A DNA stretch of 64,000 nucleotides from an uncultured Flavobacteriales bacterium. Lineage in GTDB: Bacteria > Bacteroidota > Bacteroidia > Flavobacteriales_F > PHOS-HE28. The notes under the pieces were generated by a model. It was not told the DNA's origin, did no database searches, and saw only the letters and a program-made list of their open reading frames with translations. This document shows positions 19,128 to 28,435 of the stretch, in pieces. Location: contig CALMPI010000030.1 in assembly GCA_937872175.1 (NCBI GenBank), forward strand, positions 9,273 to 73,272, in the 5' to 3' direction. How positions within the stretch are numbered: the first letter of the stretch is position 1; every line of letters begins with the position of its first letter. A program made the translations under genes and the position numbers.

Positions 19128-21299
19128 ATGAGACCGCACCGTCTGCTGCTCACCATGGCCATCGCTGCTCCCGTCCTTTCGGGTGCGCAGACCCTGGAGT
19201 GGGCCCACGCCATCGGCGGCAATTCCGCGGACCGCACGTTCAGCGTGGCCGTGGATGATGCCGGCAACGTGCTCACCGTGGGCACCTTCAGCCTGTCGAT
19301 GGACCTCGACCCCGGTCCCGGTGTCTTCACCGTCTCCTCGGTGAGCGATCTGGACGTCTTCATCCGCAAGGTCGATGCCGCCGGCACCTTCCTTTGGGGC
19401 GGCTCCTTCGGAAGCGTTTCGTTCGATGAGGCACGCTCCGTGACCACCGATGCGAACAACAACGTGATCGTCACCGGCCTGTTCCGCGGCACCGTGGACG
19501 TGGACCTGGGCGCCGGCGTCACCACCCTCACCGCCGGCGTGTCCACCGATGCGTTCGTGGTGAAGTACGCAGCAACGGGCGCGCTCCTCTGGGCCCGGCA
19601 GGTGGGAGGCACCATCGCCGACGAGGGCCGTGCCGTGGCCGTGGATGATGCCGGGAATGTGCTCATCACCGGCTTTTTCTCGGGAACCGTGGACCTGGAC
19701 CCCGGCACCGGCGCACAGCCCGCCACGGCCACCGGCTTCCAGGACGTGTTCGTCATGAAGCTCGACCCCTCGGGGAACCTGTTGTGGGCGCATGGCATCG
19801 GTGGGACGGGCACGGATACCGGGAACGGCATCGCCACGGATCCTTCAGGTGCGGTGCTGATCACCGGTCAGTTCCAAGGGACGGTCGACTTCGATCCCGG
19901 CACGGGCACGGCCGCGCTCACCGCGGCCGGGGATCTGGACATGTTCGTGCTGAAGCTCACTTCCAGCGGAGCCCTTGAATGGGCAGGTCGGATCGGTGGC
20001 GCCTTGGTCGACCGCGCCAATCGGATCGCGACGGACCTCAGCGGGGCGTGCTACATCACGGGCGACCTGGAAGGGGACATCGATGTGGACCCCGGGCCCG
20101 CCACCGTCACGGTGTCCCCGGTGGGGTCCATGGACGGTGTGCTCGTGAAGCTGGATGGCAGCGGCGTGTTCCAATGGGCCGTGCACCTGGCCGGCTCCGG
20201 CAGCACCCTGGAGACCTGCGACGATGTGGCCGTTGATCCTGCGGGCCATGTGTATGTCACCGGCCGCGTGGGTTCTCCGATGGACATCGACCCTGGTCCG
20301 GGCAGCACGGTGCTCACCTCCGTGGCCTCCACCGACGTCCTCACCGTCAGCTACACCACCACGGGCACCTTGCGCTGGGGCTTCGCCGTCGGTGGTGCCT
20401 CCATCGATCACGGGCGCGCCATCGCGATCGGTCCCGCCGGCGAGGTGGTGGTGGGGGGTGAGTTCAACACCAGCGTCGACATGGACCCCGGCGCGGCCAC
20501 CACCACGATCGCCGGACCGGGCCAGCACGGGTTCGCTGCGAAGTACGCCCAGCCCGGCTGCAGGCAGGGACTGCTGGCCCTGAAGGTGCTGCTCGAAGGC
20601 CCGTACGACATAGGGACCGGACTGATGGCCGACCCCCTGCGGGCCCTGGGCCTGCTGCCTTTCAACGAACCCTACACGGCCATGGGCCATGCTCCGTCCG
20701 GCGCGCTCTCCACGGCTCCGGGCGTGCTCGCCGTCAGCGGTCCCGATGCGATCGTGGACTGGGTGCTGGTGGAACTGCGCGATCCTGTGCAACCCGCCGT
20801 GGTGGTCGATGCGCGTTCGGCGCTGCTGCAACGCGACGGCGATGTGGTGGACGTGGATGGCAGCTCCCCGGTGTTGTTCTGCGACCAGGACGACGTGCCT
20901 TTCAAGGTGGCCGTACGCCACCGCAATCACCTGGGCGTGATGACCGCGGCGGACCATGTCCTCTCGGGCATCCCGCTGAGCATCGACCTCAGCCTGGGGA
21001 CCACGGCGGTCTTCGGGACCGGTGCCCGGCATACGGTGGGCGGGGTCGAGCTCCTCTGGCAGGGCAATGTGCGCTACGACGGGGTGGTGAAGTACACCGG
21101 GACGAACAACGATCGCGACCCCATCCTCGTGCGTATCGGTGGGCTGGTGCCCACCGCGACCCTCAACGGCTATTGGCCCGAGGATGTGAACATGGACGGC
21201 ACCGTGAAGTACGCCGGGGCCGGCAACGACCGCGACCGTGTGCTGCTCACCATCGGCGGCTCGGTGCCCACGGCCACACGGCCCCAGCAGCTTCCGTGA
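19128..21299 (+). CDS. SBBP-repeat beta-propeller protein with C-terminal dockerin-like (duplicated Ca-binding) region
   Basis: Signal peptide, about 7 propeller repeats, then LKVLLEGPY..DWVLVELRD..RHRNHLG and two DGxVKYxGxxNDRD repeats; no type A CTD. Confidence 0.85.
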   Translation: MRPHRLLLTMAIAAPVLSGAQTLEWAHAIGGNSADRTFSVAVDDAGNVLTVGTFSLSMDLDPGPGVFTVSSVSDLDVFIRKVDAAGTFLWGGSFGSVSFDEARSVTTDANNNVIVTGLFRGTVDVDLGAGVTTLTAGVSTDAFVVKYAATGALLWARQVGGTIADEGRAVAVDDAGNVLITGFFSGTVDLDPGTGAQPATATGFQDVFVMKLDPSGNLLWAHGIGGTGTDTGNGIATDPSGAVLITGQFQGTVDFDPGTGTAALTAAGDLDMFVLKLTSSGALEWAGRIGGALVDRANRIATDLSGACYITGDLEGDIDVDPGPATVTVSPVGSMDGVLVKLDGSGVFQWAVHLAGSGSTLETCDDVAVDPAGHVYVTGRVGSPMDIDPGPGSTVLTSVASTDVLTVSYTTTGTLRWGFAVGGASIDHGRAIAIGPAGEVVVGGEFNTSVDMDPGAATTTIAGPGQHGFAAKYAQPGCRQGLLALKVLLEGPYDIGTGLMADPLRALGLLPFNEPYTAMGHAPSGALSTAPGVLAVSGPDAIVDWVLVELRDPVQPAVVVDARSALLQRDGDVVDVDGSSPVLFCDQDDVPFKVAVRHRNHLGVMTAADHVLSGIPLSIDLSLGTTAVFGTGARHTVGGVELLWQGNVRYDGVVKYTGTNNDRDPILVRIGGLVPTATLNGYWPEDVNMDGTVKYAGAGNDRDRVLLTIGGSVPTATRPQQLP

Positions 21300-21344
21300 C
21301 CGACCCGACCGCTCCGGGACAGCGCTCCTGGCGAACTTGGCACC

Positions 21345-23150
21345 GTGCGCGCCTCGCTCCTTCTCCTCCTTCTCCTGGTCGGCGGGCCGGTCCGGGCCCA
21401 GGTGGACAGCCTGCGCGAGGCGCTGAACGGTGAGACCGTGGACACGCTCCGGCTCGCCATGCTCGACCGGCTGGCGAGCGCCCACCTCTTCAAGGATCCC
21501 GACTCGGCGCTGCACTATGGACAGCGGATGTTCGACCTCGCGGAGGAGCTCGGTGTGGGCTGGCGAAGTGCCAGGGCGCTGAACCTCATGGGCAGGGCCC
21601 ATCACCTGAAAGGCGCCCATGCCCCTGCACTGGCCTGTTTCCACGATGCCCTCCGGAGGTTCGAGCGGTCGGGCAACCGACGTTCGGTGGCCGCCACACG
21701 ATCGAACATCGGCAGCCTCTACACCGACGAGGGCCGACTGGAAAAGGCGATCGAGGCCTATCGCGCTTCGATGGCGGCCTATCACGAGGTGGGTGATGTG
21801 ATCTGGGAGATGGGTGCGGCGTATGGGTTGGCGGAGGTGTATGAGCGGATGGGGGAGGACGACAGTGCACAGGCCCTCTACGGCCGTGCTGCCGATGTGC
21901 TCGCCCGCATCGATGCCCGCGAACATGCCGCGATGGCCCGCCTTGAACAGGCCCGCCTCGTCCTTGGTCTCCATCGCGACTCGCTCGCGGAGGCGTTCTA
22001 CCGCGATGCCCTCGCCCTGTTGGGCGCATCGGACAACGACTTCGCCCGGTGCAGCATCCTGTCCGGCCTCGCCCGTGCCCTGGTGCGACTGGGGCGAGAT
22101 GCGGAGGCGCGTCCCCTTTTCCTTCTGGCGCTCCGGATCGCCGGCCGAAGTGACTTCCGCCAGGAGCTCGCCGACCTTGGCCTGGCGCTCTCCCGGCTCT
22201 GTGAACGCGCCGGCGAACCGGACAGTGCCTTGTCCTATCTGAAGCTGCACCTGCAGTGGAGGGACAGCCTGTTCTCCGCCGAACGGGCACGGGCCATCGT
22301 GGAGGTGCAGGAGCGGTTCGACAGCGAGCGCAAGGATGTGGCGATCGCGCATCAGCAGGCCCTGCTCGATCGCCGCTCCACCCTCATCCGCGTCGTCGCC
22401 GCCGCTGCGGCCATGCTGCTGCTGGCCGCTCTTCTCGCCTGGCGTGCCTACCGCTTGAAGAAACGCACGAGCGATCTTCTCGCCGGCCGGAACGCGCTCA
22501 TCGGAGCCGCCCTCAAGGAAAAGGAGCTGCTGCTCCACGAACTGCATCACCGGGTGAAGAACAACATGCAGACCGTGGGCAGCCTGCTGCGGCTGCAGGC
22601 CCGCGAGGAGTCCGATCAGGGCACCCGCGCCGCACTGCACGAGGCCATGATGCGTGTCAAGAGCCTGGCCCTCGTCCATCAGGACCTGTATCGTGACGCC
22701 TCATTGACCGGCGTGCACATGGACGCCTACATCGGGAAGCTCGCCCGGGGACTGCTCCGCAGCCACGCCATGGACCAGCGCATCGCGCTGGCCCTGGATG
22801 TGCAGCCCGTGCGCCTGCAGGTGGACAGCGCCGTGCCGCTGGGCCTCATCCTCAACGAGCTCATCACCAACGCCCTCAAGCACGCCTTCCCGTCCACCCC
22901 CGGGCGGGGCGCGCACGACGATACGCTTGCCATCGCACTGCGCGACCAAGGCGACCTGCTCGTTCTGGAGGTGCGTGACAACGGCGTGGGTTACCGTGCC
23001 CACAACCCCGCCGGCCCGGACGATGCCCAGCGCCTTTCGGGCACCGGCATCCTGGCCACCTTCGCCGAGACGCTCCGCGCCGAATGGACCGTGCTCAGCA
23101 ACGGGGGCACCACGGTGCGTTTCGCCGTGCGCAACTTCGCCCGTGCCTGA
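21345..23150 (+). CDS. TPR-containing sensor histidine kinase (HisKA_2 type)
   Basis: GTG start, signal/TM, TPR-like helices, TM, ELHHRVKNNMQ, NELITNALKHAF and DNGVG. Confidence 0.92.
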   Translation: MRASLLLLLLLVGGPVRAQVDSLREALNGETVDTLRLAMLDRLASAHLFKDPDSALHYGQRMFDLAEELGVGWRSARALNLMGRAHHLKGAHAPALACFHDALRRFERSGNRRSVAATRSNIGSLYTDEGRLEKAIEAYRASMAAYHEVGDVIWEMGAAYGLAEVYERMGEDDSAQALYGRAADVLARIDAREHAAMARLEQARLVLGLHRDSLAEAFYRDALALLGASDNDFARCSILSGLARALVRLGRDAEARPLFLLALRIAGRSDFRQELADLGLALSRLCERAGEPDSALSYLKLHLQWRDSLFSAERARAIVEVQERFDSERKDVAIAHQQALLDRRSTLIRVVAAAAAMLLLAALLAWRAYRLKKRTSDLLAGRNALIGAALKEKELLLHELHHRVKNNMQTVGSLLRLQAREESDQGTRAALHEAMMRVKSLALVHQDLYRDASLTGVHMDAYIGKLARGLLRSHAMDQRIALALDVQPVRLQVDSAVPLGLILNELITNALKHAFPSTPGRGAHDDTLAIALRDQGDLLVLEVRDNGVGYRAHNPAGPDDAQRLSGTGILATFAETLRAEWTVLSNGGTTVRFAVRNFARA

Positions 23151-23887
23151 TGGACGCCTTGCACCTGGTGATCGTGGAGGACGATGCAGTGATCGCCGCC
23201 GACCTTGCCGCCCTGTTGCACGACCTTGGCCACCGCATCGCCGCCACGTGCCCGGATGCGACCACGGCGCTTCAGGCGATCGCCGTGCATCGGCCGGATC
23301 TTGTCCTGCTGGACATCAACCTTGGCCAGGGGCGCGATGGGGTCCATGTCGCCGACCACCTCAATGCGGTGGAGCAGGTGCCCTTCGTTTTCATCACCGG
23401 GCATACCGACCAGCGCACCCTGGATCGCGTGAAGGCCACCCGGCCCGCCGGCTTCATCATCAAGCCGTTCGACGAGGACGACCTGCGCACCCAGATCGAG
23501 ATCGCCGTTGCGCGCCACGCCGCGCAGGTCGATGTGGGCACCCACCCCGGCGGTGACCGGCAGGGATCACGTAACGCCGAGGTGCTTTTCGTGCGCGACA
23601 AGGGCCGGCTGGCGAAGGTGCCTGTGCAGGAGATCCGCTTCGTGGAGGCCGACAACAACTACGTGGTCATTCATACCGCCGACCGCCGCTACGTGCTCGC
23701 CCGCTCCCTCAATAGCATGGAGGAGCACCTGGCGTCGTCCCATTTCGTGCGCATCCATCGCCGCTACCTGGTCGACGTTCGGCGCATCACCGCGCTGCGC
23801 GAACGGGAGGCCCTGCTCGGCGATGTCGTTCTTCCCGTTGGCAAGACGCACAAGGAGGCGCTTCGCCTGCGCTGGGAGCAACGATGA
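23150..23887 (+). CDS. REC-LytTR response regulator
   Basis: TGATG coupling to the kinase; VEDD, LLDINL, FIIKPF, FVRDKG, EADNNY and RIHRRYLV motifs. Confidence 0.94.
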   Translation: MDALHLVIVEDDAVIAADLAALLHDLGHRIAATCPDATTALQAIAVHRPDLVLLDINLGQGRDGVHVADHLNAVEQVPFVFITGHTDQRTLDRVKATRPAGFIIKPFDEDDLRTQIEIAVARHAAQVDVGTHPGGDRQGSRNAEVLFVRDKGRLAKVPVQEIRFVEADNNYVVIHTADRRYVLARSLNSMEEHLASSHFVRIHRRYLVDVRRITALREREALLGDVVLPVGKTHKEALRLRWEQR

Positions 23888-24001
23888 TCATATGCACCTG
23901 CACAATCGTGGCCGCACGCGCGCGGTCCTTGGATGCGGTCGGGTCCCGCTCAACATCCCGACGCGGTGGGCTGAAGGAGGGCCGCGGGTGATCACGCTTC
24001 A

Positions 24002-24373
24002 GGCACCACCATCCGGAGCCCGCTGGCCAGCGGCATCCTCAGTGGCAAGCATGTGCTGGAGGGCGATACCTCGTCGCGGCTGCGCATGGCCGGGCTGGAT
24101 CGGCTGAAGGAGCGCGAGCTGAACGAGGCGCGCTTGCGGAAGGTGAACGAGCGGAAGGCCATCGCAACTGAACTGGGTCTTTGGTTGCCCGTGTTCGCCA
24201 TCGCCCGGTGCCTGAAGAACGCGCGCGTGAGCATGGTGATGCTCGGCGCCGGCAAGGTGCCGCTGCTGAAGGAGAACATGAAGGCCGCGGAGGCGCAGGA
24301 CCTGCTGACCCCCGAGGTGCTGGCCCAGGTGGAAGGCACGCGGGCGGGGGAGAAGCTCAGCACGTGGACCTGA
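24002..24373 (+). pseudogene. Degenerate duplicate of the 3' third of the aldo/keto reductase gene (direct repeat of 18658-19029)
   Basis: Ungapped 372-nt match with about 48 mismatches by hand count; lacks the 5' two-thirds; three Trp codons changed TGG to CGG. Confidence 0.9.
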
Positions 24374-24490
24374 GCCCGCCCGGGCGACGCCCTCGGGCGG
24401 ACATGGACAGGTGTGCGCCCGCCCCTGGAGCACGCGATCTGCCCGGCTTGATGACCCAGGTACTGATGAGATGACCGAACTTGCGCAGCC

Positions 24491-25231
24491 ATGACGGCCG
24501 TCCGCATCCTTATCGTTGAAGATGAACCGCTCATCGCGGAGGACCTGCGTGCGCACCTGGAGGAGCTGGGCTACGAAGTGGCCGCCGCGTGCGACAATGC
24601 CCTGGATGCCATGGCGGAGATCGCCGCCGCAGCGCCTGACCTGCTGCTGCTGGACATCAACCTGGGCGATGGGGCGGATGGCGTGCAGCTGGCCGAGAAG
24701 GTGAGCGCGAAGCACCGCGTGCCCTTCATCTTCGTCACCAGCCACAGCGACAAGGCCACGCTCGACCGTGTGAAACCCCTGCGACCGGCGGGATTCATCA
24801 TCAAGCCCTTCGACGAGAACGACCTGCGCGCGCAGATCGAGCTGGCGCTTGCCCGGTTCGCCAACGATGTGGAGGCGACCGCGGCGCCCACCGAAGCACA
24901 GCGCAACGAGTTCGTGATCGCCGACAGCATCTTCATCCGCGAGAAGGGCAAGCTCGTGAAGGTGGCCATGGATGACATCCACTACGCCGAGGCGGACGAC
25001 AATTACGTGACGCTCTTCACGCCCGCGAGGAAGTATGTGATCACCAGCACGCTCGCGGCGGTCGAACGGAAGCTCGGGAGCGTGCACCACCTCCGCATCC
25101 ACCGCAGCTACCTGGTGGACACGCGCCGCATCACCGCTGTGGAGGATGGCTATGTGCGCCTCGGGGCGCTGAGCCTGCCCGTGGGCAAGACCCACCGCGA
25201 GGCGCTGATGGCCCGGATCAGGACCTTGTGA
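24491..25231 (+). CDS. Orphan REC-LytTR response regulator
   Basis: VEDE, LLDINLG, FIIKPFDE, FIREKG, EADDNY and RIHRSYLV motifs; no adjacent kinase. Confidence 0.95.
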   Translation: MTAVRILIVEDEPLIAEDLRAHLEELGYEVAAACDNALDAMAEIAAAAPDLLLLDINLGDGADGVQLAEKVSAKHRVPFIFVTSHSDKATLDRVKPLRPAGFIIKPFDENDLRAQIELALARFANDVEATAAPTEAQRNEFVIADSIFIREKGKLVKVAMDDIHYAEADDNYVTLFTPARKYVITSTLAAVERKLGSVHHLRIHRSYLVDTRRITAVEDGYVRLGALSLPVGKTHREALMARIRTL

Positions 25232-25283
25232 CGCTCACCCGGCCCATGGGCCTGTTGACGTGATCGTGCTCGTCCTTGACCGG
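25232..25283 (+). promoter_or_regulatory. Possible degenerate LytTR repeat pair
   Basis: CGCTCACCCG (25232) and TGTTGACGTG (25253) at 21-nt spacing; CGTCCTTGACCGG (25271) recurs exactly at 50140. Confidence 0.35.
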
Positions 25284-25338
25284 ATCGGGGCCCGGAGACG
25301 TTTCCGCGAAGGCTTGCTTGCGGCCAAACCTCCGACCC

Positions 25339-26973
25339 ATGCGCACGATACCGACCCTCATGATGATCGGATGCTTCGGCATGGCGCAGGCGCAGATGAG
25401 CGGAGTTTACACCGTAGGACCTGCTGGAGCCATTCCTGCCCCTGACTACACCTCTCTTGCTGCGGCTTGTTCTGCGCTGATGCAGACCGGTGTTTCCGGG
25501 GCGGTGGACATAGAGATCATGGATGGGACCTACACGGAAACGATCACCCTGGGCACGGTGCCTGGTGTATCGGCCACGAACCGGATCAAGATCACTTCAC
25601 AAAGCGGGAGCAAGAGCGCTGTGACGTTCGCGGTGGATTGCCGTCTTCCGGGTTCTTTCCGGATCAACTGTCCGTATGTCCTCGTAACTGACCTGACCAT
25701 ACATCAGCTCACCTATGGCGCAGCGAACACGAACTCAGGGGTGTTCCTAGGAGCGGATCATCTATTGTTGAAGGACTGTGAGGTGGAATGTCTGGACTGT
25801 GGGGTGAACTACTGGTCTGGCCTGGTCGGTGCACAAGGCGGCAACATCAGGATAAAGGGCAACACCCTGCTGGGGAATGGAGGGGCGACCCATGGTATCA
25901 CCGTGACCGATTCTTCGGACCCTGAGATACTCGAGAACGAGATCGTGGAGTGCCAATGGGGTGTTTCGGCCACCTATGGCAACGACGTGGTCACGGTGCT
26001 GGATAACACGATCCGGGAGTGCAACTACGGGATCAGGATCCAGGGTGGTTCCGATCATGTGGTGGCGCGCAATCATCTCTATGGAGCGTCCTTGACCGCA
26101 GGGATACAGGTGTCGAATTCCGATGGCGATGATCTGCATGTGGACATCAACAACAATATGATCAGCGTCAGGAGGATGGCTCCTATTTATACAGGAACGA
26201 TCGCAGGCATCAGCATCATCCCCGCGGCGAACAGCGCGCCTACGGGCCTCCTCTCCGGTCGGATATCGCACAACAGCATGGTCTGCAGTTCGGATCAACA
26301 GAACGTCAGTGGCATTCATGTGCGCATGACCTCTGCGAACGGCCTTTCCCTGCTCTCCAATTCCATCAAGCTCATGGGCACCGGCATGGTGGGCATCGAC
26401 CTGGTGGATTCGCTCTGCCAGGTCTGGCCTGCATCGGATCACAACAACGTGTACAGGATGGGCGCAGGCAATATGTTCGGGATCTTCGCCACACACGATC
26501 AGATCGCCGCGCAAACGGGCATGGAAGCCCACTCCATCAGCGCGAACCCGTGGTACTTCAGCAACACGGACCTGCACATCAAGGACATGTCGGCGAACAT
26601 CAACCGCGCGCTCGTCGATCTGAGCCTTTCCGTGGACTTCGACAAGGACCCCAGGCAGTACTATGACATCCCGTACGACATCGGCGCGGACGAGCATGGC
26701 GACCTCGGACTGAAGTCGGTGGTGGAGATGGAGCCCTCCCTGCTGGCCGTCGAGGAGTTCCGGGCCTATCCCAACCCTGCGGACGACCATGTGCTGCTCG
26801 AGCCACGACCGCACGGCGGCGTTGAGGTGTTCAGCACCACGGGGCAGCGCATCGCTGTCCTGTCGGTCGAGGGAATGGGCGTGGCGCTGGGCGAGCTGCC
26901 CAACGGCACGTACATCCTCCGCTGGACCTCGGATGAAGGCGGGCACGCCGTTCCGATCGTGGTGCGGCACTGA
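25339..26973 (+). CDS. Secreted right-handed beta-helix protein with T9SS CTD
   Basis: QMSGVYTVG..DY.S...AC.AL...GVSG.V.I.I.DGTY start; Asn-ladder repeats; YDIGADE; YPNPA.D CTD. Confidence 0.85.
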   Translation: MRTIPTLMMIGCFGMAQAQMSGVYTVGPAGAIPAPDYTSLAAACSALMQTGVSGAVDIEIMDGTYTETITLGTVPGVSATNRIKITSQSGSKSAVTFAVDCRLPGSFRINCPYVLVTDLTIHQLTYGAANTNSGVFLGADHLLLKDCEVECLDCGVNYWSGLVGAQGGNIRIKGNTLLGNGGATHGITVTDSSDPEILENEIVECQWGVSATYGNDVVTVLDNTIRECNYGIRIQGGSDHVVARNHLYGASLTAGIQVSNSDGDDLHVDINNNMISVRRMAPIYTGTIAGISIIPAANSAPTGLLSGRISHNSMVCSSDQQNVSGIHVRMTSANGLSLLSNSIKLMGTGMVGIDLVDSLCQVWPASDHNNVYRMGAGNMFGIFATHDQIAAQTGMEAHSISANPWYFSNTDLHIKDMSANINRALVDLSLSVDFDKDPRQYYDIPYDIGADEHGDLGLKSVVEMEPSLLAVEEFRAYPNPADDHVLLEPRPHGGVEVFSTTGQRIAVLSVEGMGVALGELPNGTYILRWTSDEGGHAVPIVVRH

Positions 26974-27019
26974 GCGGTCGCGGACCGGTAGGGACGGAAC
27001 CTTGGCGCCGGTCCTCTGA

Positions 27020-27088
27020 CGTTCACCCGATCAGGGGAGGCGTTCACCCGATCGAAAGGCTGTTCGCGCCCGCGATCCCGGACGTTCG
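27020..27088 (+). promoter_or_regulatory. Putative LytTR direct-repeat operator
   Basis: CGTTCACCCGATC exactly repeated at 27020 and 27041; TGTTCGCGCC at 27061; GACGTTCG at 27081. Confidence 0.65.
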
Positions 27089-27097
27089 TGGTGCCCC

Positions 27098-28435
27098 ATG
27101 TCCACCACCATGCGCGATCGGCTCCTGCTCCTGCTTGCTGTGCTCGGCCTCGCCGTGCTTGCGGTCCACGCCCAGCCATCCGATGCCCAGATCATCAAGG
27201 ACCTCACCAAACCCGGTGTGCTCAAGGTGGAGCTTGCGCCCGGTCCCACGACGAAGGAGTGGCACAGCGCGCATGGACAGTACATGTGGGACCGTGTGGC
27301 GTACGTCACGCGGAACGCCGGGGTGGCCGAGTATCCGGAGGCCACGGTGAAGATCACCGGGATCGCCCGCTACCACTATGGGGCCAGCACCAGCTTCCGG
27401 GAGTTCAAGGTGGCGGAGAACGAGTACTTCGGCCTGCCGGCCCCCCGCAAGGACGAGATGCTCGGGATGATCCGCGAGCGCTACCTGCAATTCCTCGGAC
27501 ACCGCGCGGGCAAGATGGTCGGCGACCTGCACTACCTGCGCATCCCCGAAGGCGAGGGCGTCATCTGGCATACGCCGCTCTCGTTCACCATACCGGTGGA
27601 GGTCGAGTACGACGCCAAGACCAGCAACGTGCACCTCACCACCATCCGGGAGAAGATCGATACCCGCTTCTACCGCGATGCCGTGAACGCGCCGTGGAAG
27701 GAGAACATCGTCTCCATCGGGCGCGACCGCACCGAAGGCGGGCAGCGCACGTTCCCTGTGGAGGAGCTCCGGGCCATGCCCACGTTCCGCGACCAGCTGG
27801 AGGAGCAGCAGGCGCGCACCGAGCTGGCCGCCCTCGGCGAGGTGAGCATCCCTGAGTTCAAGAGCGACATGGAGGTGTTCCTGCATACGCACAAGCTTCT
27901 GCGGGAGAGCAACGCCACGGAGTTCGAGGCGTACCTTATGCGCATGCTCGCGCCATCCCATTTCGTGGAGGGCAGCGCCACGCGGCTCACACCGCAAGGT
28001 GCCGAGCTGATCAACAGGGCCGTGGCCGCCGCGTTCGGCGGAAAGAGCACGTACGCCGAGCAGTACTGCCCCGATCCCGGTGTGAAGCACCGGCAGCAGG
28101 ACGCCATCGAGATCTGGAACGCCACGCAGGACAAGCATACCCGCATGCACATCGGTCGGTTCGGCGGCGGCTGGAAGAACGGGCAGAAGGTGGGCGAACA
28201 GTACAAGTTCATCGCCCTCGAGGTGTGGATGTGGACCGACGCGGACAACATCGCACGCATCCGCAGCTATGAACCCGGCATGCTGTGCAAGCCGCTGGGA
28301 GCGGTCGGATCGTCCGCTGAGAAGGCGGGTGCGCCCTCCCCGGAACCGACCTCGGGCGGAGGCTCCCAGCAGGGCTCGGGCAACGAACTGATGAAGAAGG
28401 GAAAAGGACTCCTGAACAAACTCACCACCCCATGA
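27098..28435 (+). CDS. Hypothetical secreted protein
   Basis: Clear signal peptide (LLLLLAVLGLAVLAVHA-QPSD), host-like codon usage, overlaps the next gene by 4 nt. No family recognised. Confidence 0.8.
   Translation: MSTTMRDRLLLLLAVLGLAVLAVHAQPSDAQIIKDLTKPGVLKVELAPGPTTKEWHSAHGQYMWDRVAYVTRNAGVAEYPEATVKITGIARYHYGASTSFREFKVAENEYFGLPAPRKDEMLGMIRERYLQFLGHRAGKMVGDLHYLRIPEGEGVIWHTPLSFTIPVEVEYDAKTSNVHLTTIREKIDTRFYRDAVNAPWKENIVSIGRDRTEGGQRTFPVEELRAMPTFRDQLEEQQARTELAALGEVSIPEFKSDMEVFLHTHKLLRESNATEFEAYLMRMLAPSHFVEGSATRLTPQGAELINRAVAAAFGGKSTYAEQYCPDPGVKHRQQDAIEIWNATQDKHTRMHIGRFGGGWKNGQKVGEQYKFIALEVWMWTDADNIARIRSYEPGMLCKPLGAVGSSAEKAGAPSPEPTSGGGSQQGSGNELMKKGKGLLNKLTTP

Noticed and set aside
8399-21314. 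CCGACCGCTC at 8399, 17854 and 21305, each downstream of a cargo gene
   Set aside because: A GC-rich 10-mer is expected occasionally by chance at this composition, and there is no consistent spacing or dyad.
24053-24373. 106-aa ORF as an independent small gene
   Set aside because: It is the in-frame remnant of the duplicated reductase 3' end, lacks the catalytic N-terminal part and carries disruptive Trp-to-Arg changes.
27020-27090. Periodic repeats as a possible mini-CRISPR
   Set aside because: Units are only 10-13 nt with 8-11 nt spacers and no cas genes. The geometry fits transcription-factor operators.
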